Source: Moniliella sp. 'wahieum' (lineage: Eukaryota). Taken from it: a stretch of DNA of 64,000 nt. Position numbers and translations under genes: made by a program. The notes beneath the pieces are model-generated. The model ran no database searches. It was not told the origin of the DNA and worked only from the letters and a program-made list of their open reading frames with translations. Where the stretch lies: the NCBI GenBank assembly GCA_003971905.1, contig RSEE01000035.1, forward strand, positions 434,001 through 498,000, read 5' to 3'. Positions 1 to 14,520 of the stretch are shown piece after piece (positions within the stretch are counted from its first letter, which is position 1; each line of letters starts with the position of its first letter).

Positions 1-1877
1 CAGGCTGGTCTTCTGCGCTTGAGCTTGGGCCAATTCCTGAGCCAATCGACTAAGGCGCTCTTGCTGGGCACGAATGACGCTTTGGGCATGTTGGGCTGCA
101 TCCTTGGCAGCAATGCCTTGGAGAGCGCCTCCACCATCACCTGAGCTCGACCGGAAGAAGAGCCTCGGACTGCAAGCTCTTTCCGAAGTTTGGTCACTTG
201 GCCTTGTAGATAAGTCAAGTCATCCCACCCTACTTCGTGTTCCGTAATCTCGGCCTTGTTCTTAATGTTACGTGCCCGATTGGCATATTGGAGAGTGTTG
301 ACCGTCTCAGAGACGTTGTATTCGGTTGGGGAGACACACGCAATCATCAGTGTATGCGCGTTGCCACCCAGACTGTCTTGCAACAGGCGAGTCAATTTGC
401 TGTCACGATACGGGATATGGGTCGTTCGCCGCGCCTTGGCCGGATCGCCGAGGGCACTGATCACATTGCCCAATGCATGGAGGCCCGAATTGATCGAGAT
501 GCCTTCCTTGGCCCGATCACCTGTAGCGTTGGTCCGCTTGAGCTGGAAGAGGATTAGGTTAGTTCTGATCGAAACAATCGTTTGGCCAACATACCCGTTC
601 TGAACCAGCTAGATCGACGAAGTGGAACTTGCTGACAATAGTTGTGCTTTCCCCTTCGTCTGCCATGTCCATGGAACTACCAGGACGCAATGCCTGGCGC
701 TGCTGGCGGGAAGGGGTGACACGGCCACCCAAGGAAGAGCCGGGGCGAGGAATGCCGAGGGACTTGCGCGGTGTGCTGGGCGTTGCGCGCCCGTTGGTGG
801 AGCGCCGATGGGTGAGAGTAAGGGAAAAGATAGCGTGGGAGCGAGATGATTGCTCATTCATGTCAGTTTCAGATGTGCGTCGGGCAGCGGTACCAATGGC
901 CAGGTAGGACATGACATCAGCCACTGACGAAACAGAAACCTCGCGGAGTCCAGACCAAATTATGTGGCCTTTGTCCTCGCGAATTTGGACCAAGGGTTGG
1001 GAGCTGCCTCCATCAGCAAGGAGGTCAAGCAAGTCCTCATTGTACAACTCAATGAACGAGACCTTGACCGTATAAGTCGACCGTCCCGCCGACGCTTGAC
1101 GCCGACGCTCAATGTCGCTAAAAATGTCGGACACAGCGCGGGGGATAATGCCCGTAGACGGGCCAGGGCAGCACCGATATAGTTCAGTTCCGCCGCAGCG
1201 GTTCCCATGGTATAAGACTTACCACTGCTCGTCTGGCCATAGGCCAGGATGGTAGTGTTGTAGCCGTCCACAAAAGAGGGAATGAGAGATCGAACTGCCC
1301 GTTCGTACACATCCTCCTGATTGGCCTCTGGACCAAGAACGTAGTCGTATGCGAAGATCTGCTTCTTATCGCGTGACAGGCCGGGTGTCGCAGCATTCGG
1401 GCCGCCAGTGGGACCAGAGGAGGGGTCAACACTAACGCTGGAGGCACCTGAGCGAAGATGACAGAGCGTTGCCATCGGGTGGGCATGGACGAAGCGTCCT
1501 GCGGGGTGATGGGGGGATACGGAGCGCAACCTGGACCGAGGTGGGCATGGGGCTGGGCGGGCTAATAGAGAAGGGGGGGGTCATGGGCGGCGGAGAGAGC
1601 TGGTCGCGCGCGGCAGAGCGGGGGGAATCGGCAGCGGTCGCGATAGGCGGAAGCGGTGAGCGGGTGCGCATGCCAGGCTTGGGTGTGGTGGGTAAGCCGC
1701 CGAAAGACGAGCGTGGGAGAGAAGAGGCGGGGGTAGAGCGGCCGGAGCTGGAGAGGGGTGGGGGGGACTGGGCACCGAGGCGGCCGAGATGGAGTGGCGC
1801 GGACGCGAAGAGGCGCCAGAGCCGGGGCCGCCACCAACGCCAAAGCCAAAGGCGGACGACCGCCGAGGCGTCGTCAT
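1..1877 (-). CDS. Kinesin motor protein (kinesin-4/KIF21-like), N-terminal part; continues beyond the left edge
   Basis: Motor motifs across frames: VQVALRIx[27 protein letters not shown] (P-loop), [20 protein letters not shown] (switch I), [11 protein letters not shown] (switch II). Intron 543-594 (GTATG...CTAAC...CAG), then [21 protein letters not shown]. Several frameshifts; ATG at 1877 (MTTPRRSS) inferred. Confidence 0.92.
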
Positions 1878-3214
1878 GGATGGATGGAGGGTGGATGGGA
1901 TGGGACGGAGGCGGGACGGTGGAGGCGGTGATGTGGTGGAGCAGAGCCAAACACACTGTGGACCCTGCACGGCCAGGTGGCCAGCTGCGCGAGCTGCGCC
2001 ATCGCATCACGTGATGCTGCTTCCAGCCCAGTCTCCCATGCAGGCGATGACCGGTGACCTCGCTGAGCGCTGACCGGGATCGATGAGCTCCCCGCGAGTC
2101 TCAGTCACCCTTTCGGACAGACAAACAAGGGAGACTTGAAACTAGAAGAGGTCACATGTGCTACAGCGGAACACAGGTGTTGCACCGATTTGCATCATCC
2201 CCAAATGACACGTGGAAGGGGCGCCGCAAGTAAAGTACTTTTGTCTTCCGCTCGTCAACAGGTCGCCACTGTCAGCACCAGCGCCCCCCCCCTCCCCCTC
2301 GCTCCCCGCAACACCACCATCAATATCGCCCTGCGCCATGGCCAAACCCGCTCGCTCCTCTAAGCCAAAAAAATACCCATCCATGGCTGCTTGGACTCCT
2401 CCGGGCGCCGATCTCAACACGGCAACTCGCGCTTGCGCACGCTCCTCATCATCCTGGCCGTATGCACCGCCTTGCTTCTTGGTCTTCATGCACGACGAGC
2501 CTGGGTACGCCGCTCTGCCACTGCATCTTCGGTTGGCGCTCCATTGATGGATTCTTCCTCTTTTGCCTCGCTGCTTGGCATGACCCCAAAACCCAAGCAA
2601 GACGAATGGGACCCGGACGACCCCTACCGCCCTGACAACAGAGGAGATCAAGTCCTTCTCCATGAGTGACATCCAAAGCATGTTTGATTTTATCCAGTCG
2701 GGTCGACTTTGATCAAGTCCCTGCCACCACTCCTGAGTCCGAGGAGGAAAGCACCAAGGAACGGGCGACTCGGTTCGGTCGTTTGCGCGCAGCAATGGGC
2801 GGAGCCGATGGTGCATGTGATGTTTCCTCAGAGGATCTGTAATATGCATCCCACGCAGGAGATGGTGCTGTCGTCCTACACCTAAACACGACGCATCCCC
2901 AAGTTCGACTGCATTGAATACGTCGAGTGTCGCTATATCCCTCTTGGGTTTTCTGGCTTTTTATACTACTATGTCATTGAAGGGCCGCATGCGCGGTGAA
3001 GGTCATCTTCTGAAACCTATTTGAGCCGCTCAAATGGCCACGGCGAAGGTGCTGTCTACAGCCTCCAACTATGAGAAACGAAGGGCATCGTAACAATTTA
3101 TTCATATATCACTCAGTCCGTGGAGAGAGATGACGTTTGGAGGGCGGGAAGACAATTAGTATTCCCCCTCCAAGTGCTGCGCCTGCGTCTACCTCCCCGT
3201 ACCATATCATTAAG

Positions 3215-5930
3215 CTCACCCTCGGCTATTTTTCACTCTATGTATATCTCCACCACGTCGACCATCATTCTTTGACCCCTGCTACCACTTCTGCCGTCTG
3301 TTGAAGCCGCCGTCAAACCACATATCGACATTCTCTCCTCCTTTTAGCCACATTCTACGGTGCTGCCGTCAGAGCACACAAATCCGCAAGTTGCCTATTG
3401 TCGTCGGTGCACCAACAGTGCTAGTCGAGAGCATTGCTGGTAGATTGGATGTGCGCTTATGTGGAGGAGAGGTACGTCTTGTACTGTCCATTTGGCTCAT
3501 AATCTCTTCGAGGACGCTTAACGTGCTGACGACATATCTCTATCGACCACAGTCAAACCATATTCAGAGTCGCGAATGATCTTCTAAATGCCAAATCATG
3601 CCACAGCCAAAAGGTTCCAAGATGGACGATGCGGGAAAAAAAGCACCCAAACCACATGCGTTCAGGACGAGGGATATCTTCGTCACCACGACGGCAGTGC
3701 ACCATTGCGTGCACGGCAGCACACGCCAAGGTAGGCATGCCCGTGGCTCGGTTTTCTTCAAAAGGGGTTTTTTGTGTTTTTGTTGGAGACGGTCGAGAAA
3801 GGGGTCATGCACCACAACAAGTGAGGGCGAACTAGTTGAAACGAAAAATACAGACTTCACAATGGTTCGGGAGCCCAGCGGGAAGCCTTGTGCCCTGTAC
3901 GAAGCTGGAGCTGGATCCCATCCTGAACTCTTCGTTGGTCCGGGCGAAACGTTGGGGAGGGAGGATGACCCTCGGAATATCTGAGTCTGAGTCTGATTCG
4001 CTTGGCTCCGTCAGAACCTCTCGCGTTTGTTGTGGCTCAACCAGCAGAGCAAGCTTCTTCTTCAGATTGTTACTGCGGTGAATGCCGCGGCTGCGGGTTT
4101 TGCTCCGGGGGCCCCGTCGAGGACGTTGGGTCGGAGTCAAACTTTCTTCTGGATGGTCGGCTTGGTCATCGTCGGCCCGGACGGGCGCTTGGGGATGTTA
4201 ACAACAATCTCAGAGGTTGGCTCGAACAGTTCCAGAATCTCTGGCGTTTCCTGGTAGGCCTCCAGAGACAGCATCGGCTTCAGATGGCTGCTGGGGTGAA
4301 TGTCGGGCTGCGGCTTTTGCCGCGGCAGCCCCGCCGAGTATGCGTTTTGGGAGTGGAATGCTCTTCTGAGTGATCGGCTTCGGCCTCAGTGCCATCAGTA
4401 CAGGGTACTAATAGCGCAAGAAACCCCATCTTCGGTTTCCGTGCCATCGGTTTCTTGGGAGTCGGTCTCGGTACCTTGGTCTTCCTCCACCTCTCCTTCG
4501 ACACTGTGGTCTTCATCCACCACAGCCTTTTCACTCTCTTTGCCAGGAATAAGCTCCTGATGAGGGGGGGTACTTGGGGTGGGAACGAGAATCAGTTCGT
4601 CTTCTCCAGTGTGGGAAGGGTTAACCGTTGCAACGATAACGTTTTCCATCGCCTCATCTTCATCTGCAGATTCAACAGGCGTGGGCATCACGGGGATAGG
4701 AGAAGGTGGGCGATCAACCGGAACGAATGGCGTGGCACCGCTCTGCTGTGGGGTTGGTGGCTGTTAGGTCGGACTTTCCGACTCAGTTTGACGGGCACAG
4801 GGCTGAGCCCACCCAATCGAACGCAGCAAGGCAACTTCATCGGCCACATGCGGGTTCTTGTGTTTCTTGGGGGAAAGGGGGGTGGCAGTGACCATCTTGG
4901 GGAGTGGGTGTGTTGGGGTTTGGAGCCAACGGGGCTGATGGCTTCAACAGACATGGAAGCAGACGAGTCCTCATCGGTCGGACAGATGCCGTTTGGTTCG
5001 CCAACCCGGCTCGTTTCTCAGCCATCTCTTCCCGCTCCATCCGCTGCCGTGGCTCTCGATCATGAGTTCTCCTTGTGGGCTTGACGCCGCTGAGCACGAA
5101 GCACCGTTCGCTCCGCCGGCTGGGGCTGGCCCGTGCGGCTAGGCAAGGGGGCAGGTGCCGGCACGTCCAAATGAACCCGTCCCATTTTTCGCAGTATGAA
5201 CTGCTTCGCTGGCTTGGTGTGGTGCTTGTCAAACTTACCCCGAACGGGTGTTGTGCGAACAGATGAAATCGGGGAACGAGGACTGGGCAGGGTCGCAACT
5301 ACCTCTTCAGCAGTGGGGCAGGCTCGGGTTGAGCAGGGTCCATCGTGGCAGGCTCCTCAAGAATGGAAACATCTTCCTCAAGATGAAGGACATGCTCGTC
5401 CACATGGGCAGGCTCCTCAACAATGGGAGCATCCTCAAGAAGGAACGACTCTTCATGAATGGAAGAGGTTTCCGGGGTCTCAAGAATGGTAGAGACCTCA
5501 AGATGGGACGCTGCTCCAGCAGGATGGAGCTACGCTCCGCAGCGAAACGGCTAGTCCTACCACCGACCCTGCAAACTTGGCTACCGAGACGGCGAGCTCA
5601 AGCATCGGGAAGGCGAGCGCATCAGCCGTTAATGGGACGGCGAGCACATCAGCCAAGCGAAAGCGAGCTCAGCCAGAATGGTGCGAAGCGAAGCTGATAG
5701 TGGAGAGTGAGTGAACGAAGAAAGACGAGGAACTTTGCCGTATCGGGAGTTTCGGTTTGTTGGAGCAGGTTTGACCGGGGGCTGTAGGAGCGCTGTCATT
5801 CAGGGAAACCTGGGCAACGTGGGACTCGACGTGGGCGAGGCCTGGGGCGCGCGGGGAAGGATGGTCGATGGGGGGCTTGGGCGATGGGTGGAAGAAACCA
5901 TGTGGCACATTCCCCACATTGGCCTCCTAG
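3215..5930 (-). repeat. Copy A of an inverted diverged duplication (partner 14521-15653)
   Basis: Reverse complement of 5930-4958 aligns by eye to 14521-15481, and of 3390-3215 to about 15477-15653. Confidence 0.88.
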
Positions 5931-6472
5931 CCCGACGCCAGGCAGAATGACCAAAAACAAGAAAGGTCAAAAACGGGGTGAACGTTTGGGGAAGCTCCGT
6001 GTCGCTCCAGTGCGACCGAAGACAGTCGCTGGTAAGGATGACGGTGAACAAGTGCAAAACACGATTGATATCGGTGGCTTGTCCATTCACCCAGGCTGCC
6101 ACCTCCGTGGGTGTGACGGGCAGGGCTGACTTGAATAAGCCAACCACGGTCCAGACCATGTCCAGCGTGTCATTCATCATCAGACGTAGCTCCGCCCCGC
6201 CGCTGTCCATGCAGAACGAAAGACAGAGCCAGGAATACCAGTAGGCCGGTCCGACGCGGGCCGACCCGAGCCAGAAGGACTTCGATAACCGTCGCCACCC
6301 ACACGATGGCGAACAGGGCGAAAATGAGTGGCCAGTCGAGTGCGGCGAGATAGAAGGCGATCTTGTGTTTGCTCACCAGAAGCAGGTGCAGCCAGCAAAT
6401 CGCGACGGTCTGTGCGGTCCGTTCAAGTTGGGCTGCGAGCATGATGGAGACAGGAAGCGTCCAGGTGCTCAT
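3300..6472 (-). CDS. Uncharacterised orphan protein: hydrophobic N-terminus, then a Pro/Glu-rich low-complexity region; frameshifted
   Basis: Chain of overlapping minus-strand ORFs (6170-6520, 5800-6210, 4395-4691, 3832-4140) with TM-like LIFALFAIVWVATVIEVLL and acidic repeats; TATATAAG at about 6533-6540 upstream of ATG 6472. 3' end uncertain. Confidence 0.45.
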
Positions 6473-7333
6473 GCTTGGGCGTGACGGCGGGCGAGAGTGG
6501 TGGGAGGGGAGGAAGGGCACATGGGCTCCGTACTTATATATTCCCTAGAGGCGCACGAGCGCAAGTCATTAATGGCCATACATGTTGGCCACTATGCTGG
6601 ATTATTGTTGGGCCTGTATTAATTCCCCAAATATCCAACGCAGTGGTGTGAGACATGGCACTGACACTGTCTCACCGGAAAGGGATAGGCATCTGTTTCG
6701 TGTACAGCGTCTTTTAATTTTGGCAGAGGCACTGCGTCTGCTCCCAGGCCAAGGACACGCGGGGGGCTAGCTGGTCCGCGTCGAGCCCCCACTCGCGAGC
6801 GTAAATAAAGCGTACCGGGAGAACATTTTGATCCAGTGGTGCTACGACAACCTCCTCTGCACTCATCTGCGTCGTGTAGTGATCGTCCTCTCAAAAGTGC
6901 AGCAACGGTGTGAGGTTGCCTGATTCATCTCCATTGGCATTGGGCCGATGTATAGCCTTTTTGTGTTCAGTGGCCAGGGCTGATAAATGTGTGCGAACCC
7001 TGTGCCCTCCCTTTGCTCGCCTGGAAGGGAAAGGGGGCGGCAATTGGACAGAGAAGGGAGCGGCAAAAGAGACGACTGCGCCCGTCGCCACCCATCGCAT
7101 CGCATCGTGTGGTGTGGGGTATAATGCCCTCTTTGCTTTTGTGCGGCGGCCATCAGAGAGGGAGGATGTCATGTACACTGGGCTGCAGCGCACCCTCCCA
7201 CTGTTGCCTCTTACGCTAGAGGACTAGATGACTCGTGGTTATTCTATACCCTTTGCGGTCGTGCGGGATGACGAAGAGTTTTTACCAATGGGGTCTGGCT
7301 GCGGAGGGATCGTTGTATACATGTGGCGACTTC

Positions 7334-7631
7334 TGAAGCTCTGAGATCTGACGCGTGAAGCTTGAAGCTAGACGCTTGAAGCACTGGGGCTATATGCGGC
7401 TCTACTGCCTGTGCACCAGGCGCACAACTACTGACGCATGATCTCTCCTCTCGAGTTCGGATTGGTGCATATTTTGATGGTGATGCTGATGGCTGAGGCA
7501 GCGCTAACCGATGATCTCGATTACCCCGCACTCGGCTCCGTCCGGCTCCGTCCACAGCCTCATCTTCGAGCATCGAGCTTCGAACATCGAACATCATGCA
7601 TCATGCATCCTTGGTCACCGGTCACCGGTCC
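7334..7631. repeat. Phased mixed heptamer arrays (TGA/TCA + 4-bp palindrome)
   Basis: 7342-7383 TGAGATC TGACGCG TGAAGCT TGAAGCT AGACGCT TGAAGCA; 7566-7628 TCGAGCA TCGAGCT TCGAACA TCGAACA TCATGCA TCATGCA TCCTTGG TCACCGG TCACCGG. Confidence 0.8.
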
Positions 7632-7946
7632 ACGCGGTCACGGTCACATGGTCGCACGCCACATGTCATGCATGTCACTAATCACCAATTGCGGGACGAT
7701 ACAACACGCATTGGACCAGTGTGCGGAGTTCAACGTTCATCCGTTGTGCAACATGTCGTACGGCTGACGACAAGCGTTTTTGCCTTTATATCGATCTCAC
7801 TAGTAACTACCTGCGTCCTGAAGGCCTGACTAGCCGTAGGCCTTATCGATTGATCTTATCATTGAGATCACTACCCTTTTCAAACTTCGAGCTAGTCGCT
7901 CCATTAACCATTCAGTATTCAGTGTCTGTCACTAGCTCCACTAGCT

Positions 7947-8103
7947 TCACCGGTCACTAGGTCACTAGTCACTAGTCACTATTAGTAACTAGTACCTAGT
8001 ACCTAGTACCTAGTACCTAGTACCTAGTACCTTGTACCTAGTACCTAGTACTAAGAACTGCTCACTAGCGCGCTCACTACTGTGACTAGTCACTAGTCAC
8101 TAG
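7947..8103. repeat. Heptamer tandem repeat (TACCTAG)x8 flanked by TCACTAG units
   Basis: 7993-8048: seven TACCTAG plus one TACCTTG; TCACTAG/TCACCGG units on both sides. Confidence 0.95.
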
Positions 8104-8883
8104 CCAGTCCCCCTAGTCGACCACACCGCCACAGCACGCGCTGGTGTCAGGGGCGTCCGAGGGAGGCTGAGCTGAGCGCCCGGAGGACGCAATGGATCCC
8201 GAGTGCCACAGGGGATACACTAGGCGTGTTCGGGGAGGCAAGGGGCCCAGCCTGAATTCGAAGCAGCTGGAGGTCAGACATGCACAGACGTCCTCCTTGG
8301 GCATAACATGTAACACGTAACAGTGCTTGACATATGTGCCGATGGCGGCGGCGGCTCTGGGTGCGCATCTCCCATCGCACCTACCGTGGCTTAAAGTCGA
8401 CCCTATTTAAGTCCTTTTCAACTGAAGCGCTGAAGACAGACGGGCTAAAGCACCCCCGCCAGGCCTCGAGCGTCCGAAATGGGAAGCATGTGCAGACGCC
8501 CGGCATCGACGCTAGCAACGAGTTCCCTCTATATCTGCCGCGCATGATATCCTTGCTTCCACGATCGGCACCAGGGAGTAGGTCCAAGCGGTTAAAACAG
8601 GGAGATGAGGTGATGAAAGAGATGGTATCGAGTGCATGTTAGCAGGACAGACAGTCCCCAGTCTGCCGCCGTGCCGTGCCGAAGGCCACAAGACGACAGC
8701 GTCTGAGCCATAAAATTGAGGTGGGTGCGAGAGAAAAGACGGGAACCGAGGTCATCCATCCAAGGGGGAAAGGAAAAGAACGGATGCAAACAGGACCAAA
8801 GCAACAAAACCATGAGAGGACAGCACTGCTAGTATAGCGAGCAGCTTTTACCCCCCCACCTTTCCACCTCGCGCCCATATATC

Positions 8884-10804
<1,921 letters not shown>

Positions 10805-13050
10805 GGCCGGTCGGGGCAGAGGCGGGGGCAGAGAGGCAACAGGGGCGGGCAAGGCGGCGGGAGCGCAGCAGACACCTGACGGGAGCAGAGTTGCGTCCTG
10901 AGGCGCTGGCGGTCCCCTCGGCGGGGGTTGCAGGCAGCGGCGAGATGCTGGGTGCCAGGCGAGCATGAGCATCTCCCGCATGATCCCAGCGCCCGAAGAC
11001 GGCTGTGGCGCAGCCAGCCGAGGCCAGCCGCGGCATCCGCCTCGCCCAGCCACACTGGCCCCCGGCCACCCGCCCCCCCCCCACCGCCACAAGCGGGGTG
11101 GCACACTGGGGCCACCCGCCAGCTAGCCCCCTGCCCCCGGCTTTGCAACATTGCATTGGACCACACATGCTCGTAGATGCGCTCCTGAGATCGCAGTCTG
11201 AGTCGCAGACGCCTCCGCTGTAGCTCGCGTCCGTGCGTTCTTGCGTCTCAATATCCCCTCTTCTCGTCGCATTGCCTCCCTGCCTGGCGCTTTTGCCTCC
11301 AGCCTCAAGCTTCAAAACGCTCCTCGATGCGTCGGCCGGGCGCACGTTTGCATGATACCTAGCGCTTGTAGTGCTGCATGGTGGTTCCCCCTCTGCCCAG
11401 CAGGGCCCCTGCTCCACACGAAAAAAAACTGCTGCTGAACCACCCACTCGAATTGCCATCACGCGTGAAAGAGGCCGCCCACTCACCTGGCGAAACAAAA
11501 GGGGGCTATGGCGAGCAAGCTGATCGATCAGCAGGTGAACGTATGTGAACGTGTGGGCAGTACCCACGCGTCGTCATGACCAGGGCGGTGTCATAGTCGG
11601 GGGCTAAGGTGAGGGATACCAAAGTCGGACTAGGCCAAGTGATGTAGCACACCTTCGTGGGGAAGAAGCAAGAACAGAGGACATGGTGCGGAGCGGAAGA
11701 ATACAGAGAAGGAGCGAAACGCTCGAGACGAAGAAATTGGAAAGTGAGCGATATCACAGCCAAACTATATAGGACAGAGGTGAGAACGGTTCTTGAGTGC
11801 GTCCCTTGCATATATTTGTGGCAGTCTCGGCGCATTTCACAGGCTCCAACAGTCGAAGCAGCAACTCCATCTCCCCCCGGCGTTCGATACAGGCATTGGG
11901 GTTGTCCCATGTCCCACCTTCCGGGGTGCACCTCCTCCTCTGATTGGACCGATCCATCGCGAGCCGTGTGGCCTACCTCTTCCTAATCCTCCCCGTATGC
12001 GCGTGCGTGGCCCCTATCCTCTCTTCTACTATATCATTTTTTGCAATCCTACTATTATGTCTCTCCTTTTCCTCATCTCTTCCACCACCCACACAGTCGA
12101 TCGCTTTTTCGCTAGAACAGCTGCCCTCCATTTCCCTATCGTATACGCGCGTCTTGCGGTCCTACACGCTGGCTTGATACTCCAAAACTTTGGTCTCTCT
12201 CTCTGGCCACCAGAGGAAAGAATGCCGCTACAACCGTCGGTAACAATAACGCGAGAGTACAAAACCGGGTAACCCGCTATGTTGAGCTAGGTGGCTCGTG
12301 CTTTGGCCAATGTCCCTTCAGCTCCTCCTCAGGCCTAGGAGTTCCGCTGTTTCCCTTCTCCTACTGTCCTCCTTGTCCCGCAGCTTATAGCCCCCTGATG
12401 GCGTCTCGCTGATTGATGTTCCTCTGTGTGGACTGATTGTTGGTTGCCATACCACCACCACCAGTGCGATTGCATCACCCTCGAGGACCATCAGGACTCC
12501 AGGTCTCATCACGCTAACCCCGCCACCTCCCGTAAAATCCCGGAGTGCCTTGAAGAGTGGTGCACATGATGCATGATGCACGATTCATGCCCCCGAAAGG
12601 TCCGTGCAGGCTGGCATGTACGGCTATTGTTGGGGCACTATAGTGCAGTGTGCCAAGGGCATAGCCAGACTCTGGCGCTCCCAGCCACTTCTATAGGACC
12701 TCAGCGCCCTCAGCAGTCGTAGCTTAGTCTTCCCACTCTTCCCCTCCCTCCTCCCTCTCCGCTACTCTCTACTATCGCTCACCAGCCACCAATTCCTATC
12801 GTCTATTGGCCTCTCCAGTTCATGAATGCCATCTCGCTTGGCATCGGGATCCGGAGGTCCCATCACTATGTAACATCCACTATTCAAGCTCCTTTCGGAA
12901 TTCTGGGGGTGCGGAGCTCCTCAACTGCTCGCGCTCAGGCCCAGTCCCTCGTGGCGTTTAAGATACGAGGCGCGCCGGGATCGAGAGCGCGGACTTCGGA
13001 CTTGCGGCGACGAGGAGCTATCAGCATCAGTGCAGCAGCGCATCGGCCCC

Positions 13051-13090
13051 TCAGCGCATCATGCATCATGCATCATGCATCATGCATCAG
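13051..13090. repeat. Heptamer repeat (TCATGCA)x4 preceded by TCAGCGC
   Basis: 13059-13086 four perfect TCATGCA units, upstream of the secreted-protein gene. Confidence 0.9.
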
Positions 13091-13335
13091 CCCTCTCACA
13101 TCTCACTCTGTGGCTTGCTGTCTGCCCAGCCAGCCCGCCAGTGTCCGCCGCCCAACCCCGTGCGCTGTGCCGAGGAGAGTGCAAGACGCCGAGGCAGGGG
13201 GCCAGCACTATATGCAGGCTATTGTCTATGGCTGCTCCACCCCCCCCCACCCGCCCACCACCGCTTTACTGAGCACACCTTTTTGCTGTTGATCGATACA
13301 ACACGACCACCCACCCAACCCCCATAATATCCGCC

Positions 13336-14224
13336 ATGCATCTTCCTCTCACGAGCTCTGCTTTGTTCGCCGCTGCCTTCGCACTGGGCGTGGCCAATGC
13401 TCGGCCCACGCCTCCGGCCCACCAGCTGAACACACGGGACAACAGCTTCTTCACCCCCATTGGCCCCTTCCCAATCGGACTCAATGACAAGTGGATCAAG
13501 GTGGAACAAGGAGTGTTGGACGTGACAGACGACTCGCACTCCCGCACCCACTTCCTCTTTACCCCGGTCGATTCCGACATGTACGATGTGCACGGCACGA
13601 TCGACGGGTGGGAGGGATTCTGGGTCGAAACCTTTGGCTTCTTCTCGCCGGAACATGACACGAGCCAGTGCGTGGCGGGAGTGAGCAACACAACGCATGC
13701 CACCCACTTTACCGTTGGCCCATGCAACCAGGACAACACGTCGGCTGAATTTGGCCTGCAACTCTTCACCTCCTCAGCGGCTCTCAAGATGCGACCCCCG
13801 TCAGCCAAGCCCAGAACTTCACTACCGATTGGATTCCTTTTGGTGAGAAGGGAGAGACGCACCCGGATCAGGAGGACGCATACGACGAGGACAAGCCTTT
13901 GAATGGCTGGCGCTTCTACCCCCGGTCTTCGGATGGTGGCGGCTGCAGGCCCAGCCCTTGGCCAATGGCGTTGGCTCGACGCTGCAATTCCTCAACCAAC
14001 GCTCTACAACGTTTAAAGTTGAACCTGGTATTGGATACCCACTCTTTTTTCGCTTCTTCAAAACGCAACATTTTCTTGAGTTCTCTGCCAGCCGCGTCGA
14101 CCTGGTCGGCGTCGAGCCTTCAATAACTGTCCCTTCTCACAAAAACGTCGAGTTTAGCGTGCCGTGCTTCACATGGCACTTTGTTTTTGATGGTCCCAAT
14201 TCTATTAACGTGTGGCATGTGTGA
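13336..14224 (+). CDS. Putative secreted protein of unknown function
   Basis: CCGCCATG start context; signal peptide MHLPLTSSALFAAAFALGVANA; short propeptide ending LNTR; aromatic-rich mature region with Cys; continuation in other frames after about 13790 (frameshifts), 3' end uncertain. Confidence 0.7.
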
Positions 14225-14520
14225 CGTGTGGCCGAGGAAGAGTTGATATAGTTTCATCGAGTAGTTTGAGCCCCCCTCTCTCCACCGCGTCTGTCAGATT
14301 CACCATGCTACTATTAGCCTGGGGCTCTTGTGGCTTGTCGTACTACATCGGCATGATTTTCATTTATGCAGGGCTGTATCAGTCCTCTCTTCCCTTCGGA
14401 GGGGCAAGGAACTCCAACAGTCCGTCCATAGATATGTATCAGATCATCCACCGATCCCACTCCCGCCTCCCTTTCTTCCATCTCACGTTTCCTGATAGCC
14501 TCTCCATACGGTATCTGCCG

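Noticed and set aside
2195..3200. Possible plus-strand gene with signal anchor (RLRTLLIILAVCTALLLGLH)
   Set aside because: Short broken ORFs with stops in all frames and no recognisable domain; cannot support a call.
7947..8103. CRISPR array or telomere-like repeat
   Set aside because: 7-bp units without unique spacers, eukaryotic context, no cas genes; not TTAGGG-like and internal to a gene-bearing region.
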